Origin: Squalus acanthias | Taxonomy: Eukaryota | Length of the DNA: 64,000 nt | Direction of reading: 5' to 3' | Assembly (NCBI GenBank): GCA_030390025.1 | Contig: CM059432.1 | Span: 113,772,001-113,836,000, forward strand | Shown here: piece by piece, positions 47,508-60,528 of the stretch | How the letters are laid out: each line of letters begins with the position of its first letter | Position numbering within the stretch: position 1 is the first letter of the stretch | Program-made: the position numbers and the translations under genes | Notes under the pieces: model-generated | Databases searched by the model: none | The model's input: only the letters and a program-made list of their open reading frames with translations | What the model was told of the DNA's origin: nothing

Positions 47508-50113
47508 TGAGGAGTCCACTTCTGTGCCTCTCCTCTTTAGTGACAGTATGTACTCCTATCCCTAATAACTTAGCAGGTGGTAGCCTGGTGGTGTATATGT
47601 GCCTGACCTGTGCTTCTTTCCCTGTTTGTAGTACACGTCAGAGCCCCTGCAATCTGGGGGTGTTCAGCTTCTTTGTCCCTGATGGTGTAGTGGTGAATAT
47701 GGTACTGGCCATGATAGTCCAGTGATGGGTATAAACTAGAACAGGAACAAGTGCATAATGAAAACCAGGATGAGAAATGACCACTCAGCCATCAAATCTT
47801 ACTCCTCTAATACATCAGTTCTCTCGTCATAGCATCAATTTGTATCTTTGAATAAACCCAATTGGGTTTTCCTGTCTAGTTATGGCAAGCGAATGAACGA
47901 AGGAAAATGGGCAGAGAGCTGTTTCACCAGCTCCTCACCGGCTAGGGTGCAGACAGTGGATCAAAAGATCCACTGCCATTGCAGCAAAGGGGAAGGTCCA
48001 GTATAAAAAGCTCACTTGGCAAAACATACTAAACATTACTATGAGTAAAGTTTATACTTGATAACTGTTCCAAATTAACTTATTGATTTCTATATGTCCT
48101 CTGGTCCTACTTTTTGGCATATTTTGAAGTAATTAACTGGGTATACTTTATTTACATTAGTTGATGTATTTTTGTGAGGCCAGTTTTTCCGTGGTTTGGG
48201 CCTGGCCCCACTTTGGTGGAATTTCACAGTGCAGACCTGGTGGAACCAGGTCCCATCCCAAATTTCAGCTGCTCACCCCCCAACCCCGACCCCCACCCTG
48301 CTGTAATGGCCTCCCAGCCCCAGGAAATTCGGACCATCAACTTGACAGTTCATCGATTCTGAAAAACAGAGTTCTTAGGCAAATTACTTTGAACAGATTG
48401 TCCCTCTTTGCCAGTGTGAACCAATTAAACCATGAATGGCAATACCAAGTGATACTGAGCTGAGCAAATTAATCAGCTAGTCTAATAACAGGGTGTAAAC
48501 CTGTTTAATTCATACTAATAGGTTGATTTACTAAACATTATTTCTGAAAATTCCCAATGAGTGAATAACACATCTATATTTTGTTTCACTGAATACAAAT
48601 TCTCGTCAGTCTGTGACTAAAGAGGGAACCCAACAACATTTGGTCTCAGATATTGTACAACTACTAATTGTGAAGAGGGCTTTTCTATTTCAAAGTGCTA
48701 ATGATGCCAGCCCTTCAAGCCTTTGAAGACTTGAATATTCCTTAAACACCAAAATCAGAATTGTAGCATCAAGTAGAAATTGCTGATATTGTTGTGCAAA
48801 GGTTTAATATCCTTGTGCAGAATTCCTGTCTGACATTTTAACAGGCAGTAACATCATAAAATTAAAACAAACGGGTTAACTCCTCTGTTAAAATAATGGA
48901 AAGAGAAAGTTGGTGCGAGGGTGTTAAATGTTCGTACAATAACATCACCAACAGGAATTTCTACCCAGTATTTTGTAGTTTATTCTAAGAATTTTATTTA
49001 TTACAAAATGTTTTATAATTTTGAAACTCCCTGTGCTATGTTTAACATTCTCTGAAATGCGCAGGAAATAAATTTTATGTTTGCATAGATGATTTTAGAA
49101 CAGGCTTTCATGGTTTTTGAAAGATTAAATATATCAAACCCAGGCTTATGCAAAAATGCAGGTTGAGAGTAAGTAAAGAGGATGATAATCTGTGATTAGA
49201 TAAAACCACAGCTTTATTTAAAGAGCAGTGTATCTTCAGGAAACATGCGTTGCTCTGTTACTCTTTTAAAATGTCAATATAGCCTGAGCTATAGTATTCA
49301 GGTTTACTAATTGTAAGTGACCCTGTTGAGCAACCTTCTTTCTCCTCTGGTTCACAACAACATGTTTCGAGTAAGCACGAGACTTCGTAGTGGAGTATAC
49401 GGAACAGCCTTTATTGATACACAGAAAGGTTGTCGGCCTTTAACTCTATACAGAGTGTGACTTTACTGGTTTCTGTATCTTTTGAGTGCACTCTGAGATA
49501 CTGTTGAAAACCATGCTCCTTTATACACCATATTTTAACTACATCAAAGGAAAATGTCAAAATGACATATCTATTTCCCAAATCCTTTGGAAACAGATTA
49601 TCTATGTAAACAGTGCAATTGTTTACCTCAGAACAATTTCCCTTAAATTAAACTTCCTTTACCTACTGTTATCTTTAGCAAATGGACTCACTGCCACTGT
49701 TTTATTGCCCCACACTTATTTCCTTACACAAGCACTTTACATATCAGAAGACAAGCCAGGCTTTCTCCTCACCACACTTCAATGTCATCCTGTTTATATC
49801 GGAAAGCCTGACAATGTATTCATTTTACGACACTTCAATGTCATCCTGTTTAACAAAGAAGTTCGACTGTTAAACTTTGAACTCCCCAAAATGTCCGACA
49901 TACATCTCTCCAGGATATCTAACAAACCCTGTTTCCATGAAGTTTATAATGATAGTCTTATTGACTAGTCTCAATCTGCTCAGTAATGGGGGAAATTGTT
50001 ACAAGCCCATCAGAAGACTGGGCAATATCTCAGACAATGAAAATTCTGAAAACACATTGATTACATAACTGTTCAGATTTTTTTGACAGGCAATGATTGT
50101 TTGTATTTACATT

Positions 50114-50846
50114 GGCCCAGAAATTAAACATGGATGGTTCCCGCGGGGGTAAGGATTCCCCGCGATATCGCACTCCGCGCCTACCTTTTTGCTCCGGGCC
50201 CACATGAACTTTAGTTTCAAAGGCTCTCTCTGTTGGAACCGTGCAGTGCTTGCGTGACCCAGAGGCGCAATTAGTTCGTGCGAGCTCTGGGATCACGTGA
50301 TTCAGTTAGAGCCAATGGCAGCACACCATCTTTCATTCATAGTTTTGACGGCAAGAGCTGTCAAAGCTATGAATACTACACACCCCCAAAAGAACAGCTA
50401 AACCTCAATTAAATTTTAAAAAAAGCCATCACATTAATAAAATAAGTATAGTTAAATAAATTAACCACTGTAAACAAAAAATTAAACTTTTGAAAAAATT
50501 TTAAATCTTTTTAAAAGTTATAAAAATAAGCTTACCTTTCTTTAAAGTCTCTAAAAAAGATAAACCTGTTGAAAAAAATTTAAAATAACACTTAATTAAC
50601 TACTTACCTTGTTAAAAGGGGGTCCTACGCCTGCTTTCTTTGTGTGTAAAATCTTCACCACTTACCTGCGCGTTCAAAGCTGAAAAAAAAACTAAGTGCA
50701 CTGCGTGCGCACAGCCTGTAGTGCGCACGCGGTTCACTTAGGAACCGCCCCCTTTTCAATTCACGAAGTGCCGGTTTCCCGCGCATGCGCAGTGCATGCA
50801 GGAAACCGGCAATTCGGGTTCTAATATTAGGTTTAATTTTCGGGCC
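50114..50846. mobile_element. Harbinger-type MITE
   Basis: ATT|GGCCCAGAAATTAAAC ... GTTTAATTTTCGGGCC|ATT. Confidence 0.88.
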
Positions 50847-51429
50847 ATTATGTATAAAATTAATGTGCTAAATTAGCAATTAAGCTTTGTTTGTGGCAGA
50901 TATTAAATTGTTAGATTTTCTGGTTTCATTTACATACCAGAAACTTAAATTCCAAACTGACAGATTCAATTTATCAGCGAAGTGTTTTAATAAGACTAAT
51001 GTGCGCAAAAAGATGACTCAGTTCACAAGGCCCGATGAGTTTGTTGCTTGTGAGTGTAATTGAAGTCTACCTTATAAGTACTGCATGTGCTGGGTTTGTA
51101 TTCGTGTATTGATAAATAAAGATTTTTAATCAGATGTCTCTCTATTTCTTCAGTGTGACATAAGTATAACAAAGACTAGGGTAATAGATTGGAAAAGAGC
51201 AAATTATGAGGAAATGAGGGTGGAACTAAAGAAGGTAAACTGGGAGAAAATCTTGGAAAAACAAAGAAACAGAAAAACAGTGGGAAATCTTTCAAAGGGT
51301 AATCATTAGAGTTCAAGAGAAATGTATTCCACTAAAAGTCAAAATCAAGCAAACTATTTATGGGACACTGCAGATGAATAAAGAACTAAAGGAAAAATTG
51401 AATCTAAAGAAAAAGAGAAATAAGGAGTA

Positions 51430-51784
51430 CAGGAAACTCTTTGGTATCCGGCACCGACGGGACCGGGATGGTGCCGGTTGATCAAAAGTTCCGGATAACG
51501 GAGAGTTATATCTACCGAGGCTATTTTTAACAAACAAAAATAAAAAAATCAAGAAATGTGCAGTATAATTGGGTACTCCCCTACAGAATGTTGTGTTCAA
51601 TGGATGGTGGAAGATGCTTGATTAAGTACAGTAATGCCAGTTGAGGGTAATCCATAACTCTTTAATTACTTAACAGTAAAACAAAACATATAAACGACTG
51701 TATACTGTAGTTTTCGGAGTATGAATTCTGCCAGTTATTAGAGAATTCCGGATATTTAGGAGCCGTTTAAACGAGAGTTTCCTG
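51430..51784. mobile_element. Tc1/mariner (pogo/Tigger-type) MITE
   Basis: TA|CAGGAAACTCT ... AGAGTTTCCTG|TA. Confidence 0.82.
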
Positions 51785-52231
51785 TACTTAGATACTAATG
51801 GAGAGGAGGACAAAATGGAATATGAAGAACGCAGGAGAGAAGTTTAAAAAAAAGATCAAGAAGGCAAAGAGAAATTGTGAAATCAAATTATCAAGGAATA
51901 TAAAAAGAAATAATAAAGTGTTCTATAGACACATAAATAACAAAAGGAAAATTAAAGTAGGGATAGAGTCACTAAAGGATGAGTAAGATAAACTCACAGG
52001 TAATGACAGAGAAATGGCAGATTTATTAAATAACTACTTCACCAAAGTTTATAGTAAAGAAGATAATGAAATAGACACTTCACAAGAGGAGGAACTTAAA
52101 AAGAATATTAACGCAGTCGGGATAGAAAGGGAGAAAATAATTGACAAACTAGCAAAACTAAAAGAGGATAAAACCCCAGGTCCGGATGGTGTGTACCAAC
52201 GCATACTCAAGGGATCTAGAGAGGAGATAGT

Positions 52232-53161
52232 TGTAGGGTTCTCAAAATTCCCACATTCCCCAGAGTTATTAATAAGGGGTACCCTAGACAAAGTGGCTTC
52301 TAGACCTCGTGGCAGAAGCCTGCGACATTGAACAGAAACCAGGGCCCTGCAAAAACAGCAGGCCAGGTGACATGCCCGGGCAGACCTCAGTACAGGCTGC
52401 CAAAGGAGGCGGGGCTGGCCTCTACAGACAATGTTGTATATTACAGGTGGTCGACCATGGTCGACCTGTCTCCAGCCCCATCAAACTGTTTAGCATTTAT
52501 ACAAAGAAGTAAAGGCAACACGAATGAACAACCATCAGACCAGCAATCATCCTCCACTTAACAAATATTTAATATCGTTAAAGGCCATCTCCTGCCATTA
52601 AAGTTAACTACCTTAACGAGCCCACCAGAATTAAACAAAGCACTGGGAAGATTTGGCGGGCAAATAAGGAACAATCAAACAGTATAACTTTAGACTGGAA
52701 CAAGCTGGAGTTCTACAGAGACGAGCAGTTTTGCAGCCTAGCAGTTTAAAAAACAAGCTGTTCAAGCCACGCAGAGAGGCCACAAGCAGGACAGCTGAAG
52801 CACAGTTTAAACCATATCTCAACTGTCAAAGGATTCGTTTGGTGAGCATTATCCCTGGTCCTCAAGAGTCTAACTTAGCTAGTAAAGTGGGGTTGGGAGG
52901 GGTGAGGTATTGTTCTCCTGTCATTTCCCTCGTTTGTACCGAAGTTAAGATTGACATGTTATGTTTCATCTCTGTTAAATAAACATTGGTTTTCCTCGCA
53001 CCGATCCACGGGTCTGTTTGTTTGTCCTTATCGCTGCTCGATAAGTCCTGGGCTCAGAACTAGGAAGGGGATAGCGATTCGCAACCGCACAAGAGGCAGG
53101 ACAGTCCAGGAAAACATAACTGGCTGACCTACAAATAAGCCCGAGACAAAAACCCCTTACA
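52232..53161 (+). mobile_element. Solo LTR, 930 bp
   Basis: TAGT|TGTAGGG ... CCTTACA|TAGT, 4-bp TSD; TATAA near 52683 and AATAAA near 52978; CR1 frame resumes after it. Confidence 0.88.
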
Positions 53162-54063
53162 TAGTAAAGGCACTGGTTTATATTATATAAAAGTTCCACA
53201 GAAGAGAGGGTAGTGCCTGAGGACTGGCGGACAGCTAATGTTGTTCCCTTATAGAAAAAGGCAGCTAGAACAAAACCTGGGAACTATAGACCAGTCAGCT
53301 TAACGCCAGTAGTCGGAAAGATACTGGAATCTAGACTAAAAGAAGTGCTAGAAGAGCATCTGGAGACAGAACATATAATAAAAAATAACCAGGATGGATT
53401 CTGAAAGGCTAAGTCATGCTTAATTAACCTGATAGAATTCTTCGAAGAGGTAACAGAAAGAGTAGACAAGGGTAATGCAGTAGATGTCATATACTTGGAT
53501 TTTCAAAAGGCCTTTAATAAGGAAGCACACAGTAGGTTCATGACAAAGGTCAGGACATGTGGAGTCGGGGGACAAACAGCTGAATGGATAGTAAATTGGC
53601 TAAAAAATAGAAAGCAGAGAGAAGGAGTAAATGTAGTTTTGCAGATTGGAGGAAGGTAGAATGAGATGTTCCACAAGGATCAGTGCTGGGACCACTGTTA
53701 TTCATCATTTAAATTAATGATTTGGACTTAAGTAATTCAATATCAAAATTTGCAGACGATGACAAACTGCAGGGTATAGCTAACACTGAGGAAGAAGGCA
53801 ACATAATACAAGAAGACATTAGAAAACTTGCAGACTGGGCTGTTAAGTGGGAAATGAACTTTAACATAGATAAATGTGAGGTGATTCACTTTGGTAGGAA
53901 AAACAGAAACATTACCGGTGCCTTAGAAAATAAGAAACTGAATGGGGTAGACGAGCAAAGGGTTCTAGAGATATAGGTGAACAAATCATTAAAAGCAGCA
54001 TCGCAGGTCAGTAATGCAATTAAAAATGCTAACAAAGCACAGGGATTTACTTCTAGGGAGATA

Positions 54064-55285
54064 GGCCTAGAAATTGGATTAGGCCTGAAAACGGGCGGTG
54101 TCAAGGGCCAGCGCTATTTGCCTGTGCCCGTTGAAAGTGGTCAAGGCAGCAAGCAGAATTCATGCTGCCTGCTGATTGGCTTAGTGCTGACAGGGGGGCC
54201 AATATCGGGTGCAGTCTAATGGCCAGTAATGTTTGGCCGAGGCTTGCTCCACTGCTTAAAGGGGAGGTGGTTTGATGCAGCAGCACCTCATTGTCATTGC
54301 AGACTGAAGCCATGGCACAGCAACAACAACCCAGAGAGAGAGCCAGAAGGTTTTCGGATGCTGCTCTCGAGGCCGTGGTCGTGGCAGCGATGGATGGTGA
54401 ACTGGAAGATGTTGGCTATGTCTCCTGCTGCAGACTGGATGAATCCGCTGGCGAAGAAATTGGGGGCCGCAGTGACCTTGAGGGCCACTGGGAGAGCCGT
54501 GCTCGCCCTGCTCTCAGGCTGCAGGTCTGGTTGCAGGAGGTGGCAGAGTTCTGTGACCACCTCCTTGGTGAAGTGGAGCGTCCTAATACACTGCTCCGCG
54601 CTTAAGTGGAGGTAGGAGAGGTGCCCTCGGAAGACCCTAGGTGGGTAAGGTCTCCTGTTGAGAGCCCTCCTGGCCCTCCTCCTCCTCCCTCTGCGCGCAT
54701 CTTCTCCTCCTCTTCGCTGCCTCCACTCCCTCTCCCTAAGATACTTGAGCACGAGGGGGACTGCCAGTACAGCCCACATGACTGTGAGCAAGTGTTGTGA
54801 GCAGAAGCCTTTAAATAAGAACGAAGGTGTTCTCCACTTGCAACAACACTCCCTGTTACCGTAAAACCTTGACAGAAGTTTATAAAGCTGCTGGAGTTGC
54901 AGAAAGTTGCACAGAGCCAATCAAACTGCGGAAACATGTCAGCTGCAAGTTGTTGATGATGATCCCTTTAAATAGCACTGCTGGAGCCTCCTTCCTGCTA
55001 CTGAACGCTTGGCCAGCAGGTCATAATTAACACAGGCTGGTAAGTGAAGCAGCAAATGCGAAAATGGCAGATCGGGCATCAAGTGAGCGTTGCACACTTA
55101 CTGCCATCACGATCTGCCTAATCTAAATATCTCCAGCTAGCCTGGCCATCGGCAGGGCTGCCAACCTACTGAAAATGGCGGCCGCTGCGGGACCCACCGG
55201 AAACGGGCGGAAGTGAGGCGACCGCCAGTTTTTTTCAGCAAAACGGGCTTTAACGGCCGGCGCCAACAATTCCAATTTCTAGGCC
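54064..55285. mobile_element. Internally deleted PIF/Harbinger transposon (Myb start on +, transposase N-terminus on -)
   Basis: Perfect 15-bp TIR GGCCTAGAAATTGGA; RERARRFSDAALEA (+); RRPYPPRVFR..LSAEQCIRTLHFTKEVVTELC..ALPVALKVTAAPNFFASG (-). Confidence 0.92.
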
Positions 55286-55734
55286 ATTGAATTCAAAAGT
55301 AGTGAAGTTATGTTCAACTTGTAAAGGACCCTGGTCAGGCATTTAGAGTACTGTGCACCGTTCTGGTCTTCATACTATAAAAAGGATATGCAAGCACTGG
55401 AGGAAGTGCAAAAAAGATTTACAGGGATGGTACCTGACCTGCAAGATTACAGCTATCGGGAAAGATTGAACAGGTTGGGTCTTTTTTCTTTAGAAAATAG
55501 AAGACTTAGAGGTGACCTGTTAGAGGTCTTTAAAAGTATGGCCTGTTTCTGTGCTGTATATTCTATGTAATTTTATGTAATACTTGAGTCCACAAGCCTG
55601 TAATAAAGTGAAGGTTAAAGATTATCCTAAACACAACATAGTGTAACCAGGTAATCTGTTTTAGTGATGTTGGTCAGGACATTTATTTCCTCCAAATAGG
55701 ACTATGGAATTTTTTATGGAACCTCAGTTAACAC

Positions 55735-55880
55735 CTTATCTGAAGTTCCCCCAGTGCAGCACTCCCTCAGTAACTGCATTGAAGTGTCAGCTTACATTAT
55801 GTGCTGAAGTCTCTAGAGTAGGGATTGAATCCACGACCGTCTGACTCAGAGGCAAGAATTCTACCATTGAGCCAAGGCTA
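55735..55880 (-). mobile_element. Partial Deu-domain SINE head
   Basis: Reverse complement of the 1169-1330 head (CAGTGCAGCACTCCCTCAG..CTGACTCAGAGGC..TGAGCCA). Confidence 0.7.
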
Positions 55881-56299
55881 CCACCTGAGCAAATGGCTTG
55901 GGGTGTGCTTCTGGTGATATGCCCCAAATGATTTTACAATTGTATTAGCTTAAAAAAAAACTGGACTCATGCCAGCCCGTTTGTCTCTAGGATTGGATAG
56001 ACTGGCATAATGAAGTATGCAGCTCCCAGACTTGGTTATTTCTTTTAGAGAACCTGGTAGTGAATGACAGAACAAAAATACACCATGGACAACATTTTGT
56101 CAAATTGTATGCTGACCAAAAAGGAGGGATGGGGTAGGTGCCAGACCTCTGTTACTTTTTTATTATCCTTGATTGTTTTCTCTCTTCTATGCTGGGGTAA
56201 GGGTGCACTGACATTGGGGACCTTTGGTACTTCAATTGTCCATTAATCATGTATGGGCCTGGACATTATATGTTGGCAGACTATTCATTTATGTGGGTT

Positions 56300-56520
56300 G
56301 CAGCAGCAGAACTTGATCCCATCTCCACCCAGTTTCCACACAGGATCTTTTGCAGGGATCACTAAATAACGATCAGGAGATGGAATCCTGGCTGATGATC
56401 CTCTCCTTAACTTAGAGGTGTTTGGTCACTGCTCAACTGAGATCAGATAACTCAGCGCAGACCAGGGATTAAACTGGGGACCTACTTGGCTCTGTGGGTT
56501 AGATATTCACTGGATAAACT
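56300..56520 (-). mobile_element. LF-SINE-like ancient SINE
   Basis: Minus strand ATCCCTGGTCTGCGCTGAGTTATCTGATCTCAG..CAGCCAGGATTCC..TCCTGATCG. Confidence 0.65.
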
Positions 56521-57816
56521 CCACGAGCATTGTGAGCTACCTCTGCTGCTATTAAACCACTGCTGGAAGCAGTACAGAGCAGTGTAGAGTTGTCTTGCTG
56601 TTCAGTTGTGCCTACTTGGAATTGCCTTTTCTACATTTGAACCTTCTTTGTGATAGTTTTGCTGAGGTGAATTGCCTGTGGGGGGAGAGTTCTTGTCCGA
56701 CTACTTCAACCTCCCTGAGGGTTTGTGAAAGCAGATCTCAAGCAAGTCACTGCTTGGGATTGTGGCCCTCGAACAGATGTTAGTGAGTACTCTAAAACAG
56801 AACTGAAGGATTGACTACCTAGAGGAAAAAGCCCCTGATACAAGGAATTGTCCTTGACACACTCATAAATGGATATTTCATGGTAGACTTTAAAATTAAT
56901 GAATAAAAAATTGTATGGTGCATGCCCATGATATGAGCTCCCAGTGGGCAAGGCTCCCCACCAGGAACCTGCATTCAGAAAATAGGCCCTTATATTTGGT
57001 CACGTCCTCAACATCTGCTTAGTATCATGATAATAAAATGAATGGTTAGAAAACAGATAGCATATTCCTGGTGGGGAGTTCAGTAACTGTTGGGTTAACA
57101 ATAATGGCACAACCACAAGTTGACTTCAGCCTTTGCCTGGATTTAAATTCAGCCTGAAATGGTGAGATGATAGTGTCCTGTGTCTGCTGGCTAATAAGGG
57201 CTCTATGCAAAATGAGCTTAGATACAGTTCGATGCAGTTCTGAGTGGGAATGGGTCTACTGCCATTAATTGGCAATGCCATTTTGATAGGTCTCAGGATG
57301 TTTGGCGTGGGGAATGGAAAAATACCACACTGGTGCAGCAGGGGGTGCACATCTGAAGTTAGGGATGAGGCACAGTATTGGGGTGGAGTGCAGGGAGTTT
57401 TACTCTGCATCTAGCTGTGCTGTATGATGAATAAATTCTTTGACTGGTAGGCAAGGTTACAACTACAAAGAAATAATGAACCATAAAACTGGGGTTTTAG
57501 TAGCAAGGATTTTTTTTTTGTTTAGCCTTTATAAACATTGGTTGCAATTTGTGACCAGAGAAACAACGAAGCAGGAGCATTTATAGATTGCAACACAAAA
57601 GAATTAAAGCAATTACAAAGTGAATGAGATGGTATCAGTGCAAGGCAAAAATATAAATGCGTAAATACAAATGATCTTTTGTATGAAAACTGAGACCGAC
57701 CTGAGACTTAAACTCAAGTGAGGAGGGGCAGGGCAAGGAGTGAAGATTGCCTGACAGGAAGTTTCTTTCATGGGATAGTGATAGGGGCAAAACGTAAACT
57801 GCCTGTTCAATTCTCC

Positions 57817-57941
57817 TACAAAAGCAAAATACTGCAGATGCTGGTTCTGACAAAAGGTCATCGACCTGAAACGTTAACTTTGTTTCTCTCTCCACAGATA
57901 CTGCCTGACCTGCTGAGTATTTCCAGCATTTTCTGTTTTTA
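57817..57941 (+). mobile_element. 125-bp Penelope-derived insertion with decayed hammerhead motif
   Basis: 13-bp TSD TGTTCAATTCTCC (57804-57816, 57942-57954); GTT-CTGACAA-A-AGGTC[ATC]GACCT-GAAA-CG-TT-AAC. Confidence 0.75.
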
Positions 57942-58167
57942 TGTTCAATTCTCCGCCTAGGTGGACAGGTCAGACTTTGGAAGCCTGGCCACATTTATTC
58001 ATTTGCTTCAATTTTTTAACCTCAATTAAATTTCTTAACAGCCTTTCCCACCTTGAGTTTCTTTCACCTTTTACCACTTCTTCCTTCTTATCCTGAAATC
58101 ACTGATTCATACCTGGATACAGTTCCATCGACACCAGCAGTCCTCTGGTACCTTGACCAAGTGGTCA

Positions 58168-58770
58168 AGTGCTCACAAATGACATCCTTTGTGACGGTGA
58201 CAAAGATAAACTATTCCTCCTCGTCCTTCTTGACCTGTCTACAGCCTTTGACATGGTTGAGCACTCCAGCCTGCTCCAAAACCTCTCCACCATCATCCAG
58301 CTGGGTGGGACTGCTCTCGCCTGGTTCCATTCTTATCTATCTAATCATAGCCAAAGAATCACCTGCAATGGTTTCCCTTTCCATTCTCACACCATTACCT
58401 CTGGTGTCCCCCAAGGATCTATCCTTGGCCCCCTCCTATTGCTCATCCTCATGCTGCCCCTCGGCGACATCATCTGAAAACACAGTGTGAGTTTCCACAT
58501 GTACGCTGACGACACCCAGCTCTATCTCACCACCACCTCTCTCGACCCCTCCAATGTCTCTAAATTCCCTCCCTAAACCTCTCTACCTCTCTTTCTTCCT
58601 TTAAGACACTCTTTAAAACTTATCTCTTTGACCAAGCTTTTGGTCTTCTGCCCTAATATCTCCCTATGAGGCTCAGTGTCAAATTTTGTTTGATAACGCT
58701 CCTGTGAAGCGCCTTGGGATGTTTTAGTACATTAAAGGTGCTATATAAATACAAGTTGTTGTTGTTGTTA
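58168..58770 (+). mobile_element. L2 LINE fragment (RT core joined to the 3' end by an internal deletion)
   Basis: LVLLDLSTAFDMVEH, GVPQGSILGPLL, FHMYADDTQLY; (GTT)n tail. Confidence 0.88.
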
Positions 58771-59715
58771 TTCATAATGTGTGAGCATGAACATTGAGTG
58801 TCAGCAGATGACAGCAGAAACCAATCTTGTCTTAACGCAACTTCCACGTATATACACTTATAGCAGGATTACTGGATCACAATCAGGAATGGGAATCTTG
58901 CCTGAGTTTTTCCCTCCTTGAAGAGTGTGCTTGCTGAAACCAGTTGTAGTATTCCCCAGATGTTCCTGTTTTTGAGATTAGCTCAAGGTAGACGAGGTAT
59001 CAATCCTAGGACTTCTTTGGTGTGAGCCATCAGCCAATGATTTGAACATTGTCATCTTCAGAGCGGAATGAGGCCCCTTGACAATCTTGGTGAATCTCTC
59101 GGCTTACATTATAAATTTCTAAACTGTCTTGAATCACATTTTTTAGGGAAACTTTTAAATCAGGGAGGAAAATTGGAAGCACACATTCCCAAAGATTAGT
59201 AGTTTGATATTTTGTAACCTTGTGTGAACAAGGCAACTTGAGAAGTGCTCATTAAACATAGGATTTTATGGTAATGAAAGCATTGCCGTTGCACCTGCAG
59301 TTTCTAAGAAAGAATCAATTTGTTCTCTGCATTTAAATGATTTTCATTATTTAAACACAAGAAGAACACAAATATTTGTCACATGCAATCATGCATAAAC
59401 CATTTAACTTCATTTCTAAATACAGTACATGAAACACACATCCGAGGAAAAGAGGATATTATTTTTTTAGTTCACAAATTTTGCAGTCGCAAACAGTGGC
59501 ACTACTTAAACACAGCTCTGGGCTTCAAATCTGGCATCTTGGCTAAACAACTTGTGTGCTATTTAAACAAACTCATTAATCCAATTGGGTAACGACTTTT
59601 TAAGTAGCACACATAGGGATTTTACACAAGAGCATGAACCAAGAGGTTAAAGATGGAGCTTGATGTTATGTTTTAATGGCTCCGAACATTTTCCACTCGA
59701 GAGCTGACTGGTGCT

Positions 59716-59841
59716 TTACTTCCTGGTAGCTGAGGTCCCTGTCGTCGGAGGGTTGATCCCCATATCATGGTAGTCCTGTTGATATTGTTCAGTCTCTTCA
59801 ATTTTTTGCTTCATTTTGAAGATGGGAAACCAAAATGAGAC
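59716..59841 (-). CDS. DCSTAMP: Probable last coding exon of dendritic cell-specific transmembrane protein
   Basis: Acceptor ttttttaaaatcctacag|; VSFWFPIFKMKQKIEETEQYQQDYHDMGINPPTTGTSATRK* resembles the recalled human C-terminus IHFWLPVLKMIRKK; DCSTAMP is the convergent neighbour of DPYS in human; ATTAAA about 40 bp downstream. Confidence 0.7.
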   Translation of the reverse strand, partial: VSFWFPIFKMKQKIEETEQYQQDYHDMGINPPTTGTSATRK

Positions 59842-60528
59842 CTGTAGGATTTTAAAAAAGTCAACATTTGCGATTGGCCTGCTGTTTGCAGTGCTCAGAC
59901 ATGAATGAAGCTTTACAGTCCAGCATTACCAGTCAGTAATTGAAACATACAATTTGGGGATTAAATAAGAGAGCAGGACTTTTCCATTGTGTGGATGTTA
60001 TGGGTATGCCATCACCAGTGCAAATCAGTTTCCTGCTGCACCACAGCGAACTCTCAACATTGAAATATGTGAATACCCTGCAGTGAATCCCTAAACCCAC
60101 AGTGCAGAGAGAAGGAGGACTTTTTCAGGAAGTCATATCAGAGGGTTAACTGTGTTGATGCCCATGCCTTGTCTGTTACCTTGCCTGTCCTTGTCAGGCC
60201 ATTAAACTTTTTACTGTGCAAGACTTCAGTTCTAGGGGTGAGAGGAGGCACTCTGAGCCAGTGCCAGCTCCCTCTGCAAGGCACACTTTTCTGAGGTTTC
60301 CTTCATGGGGCACCCAACACTCTTTTTCTCCGCTGCTGCATTTCATCCAGGAGAGCCTGAAAGTCAGTCCCCCACCCTCTATGAGCACCACTTCCGTTTT
60401 ACATGTTATTGTGCTACACCAATGCCAGTGAGCATGTCTATGATACGACACTGTGAATTTCATCGAAGTCGGCATTGGATTGGATTTTTAAGTACTGGGT
60501 TAGTACTTAGCTGGGTTTGGTGTCAACC

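Larger units (their letters stand above)
51165..55578 (+). mobile_element. Old AT-rich CR1 ORF2 carrying three nested insertions
   Basis: IDWKRANYEEMR, DKTPGPDG, NYRPVSLT, KFADD, LRGDLLEVFK in successive broken frames. Confidence 0.88.

Noticed and set aside
49774..49852. CRISPR-like repeat-spacer-repeat geometry (23/33/23 bp)
   Set aside because: Only two repeats, no cas genes, vertebrate context.
49486..49968. 160-aa ORF in unique AT-rich sequence
   Set aside because: GTG start, no recognisable homology or splice support; the opposite strand is closed in all three frames after the candidate acceptor near 50046.
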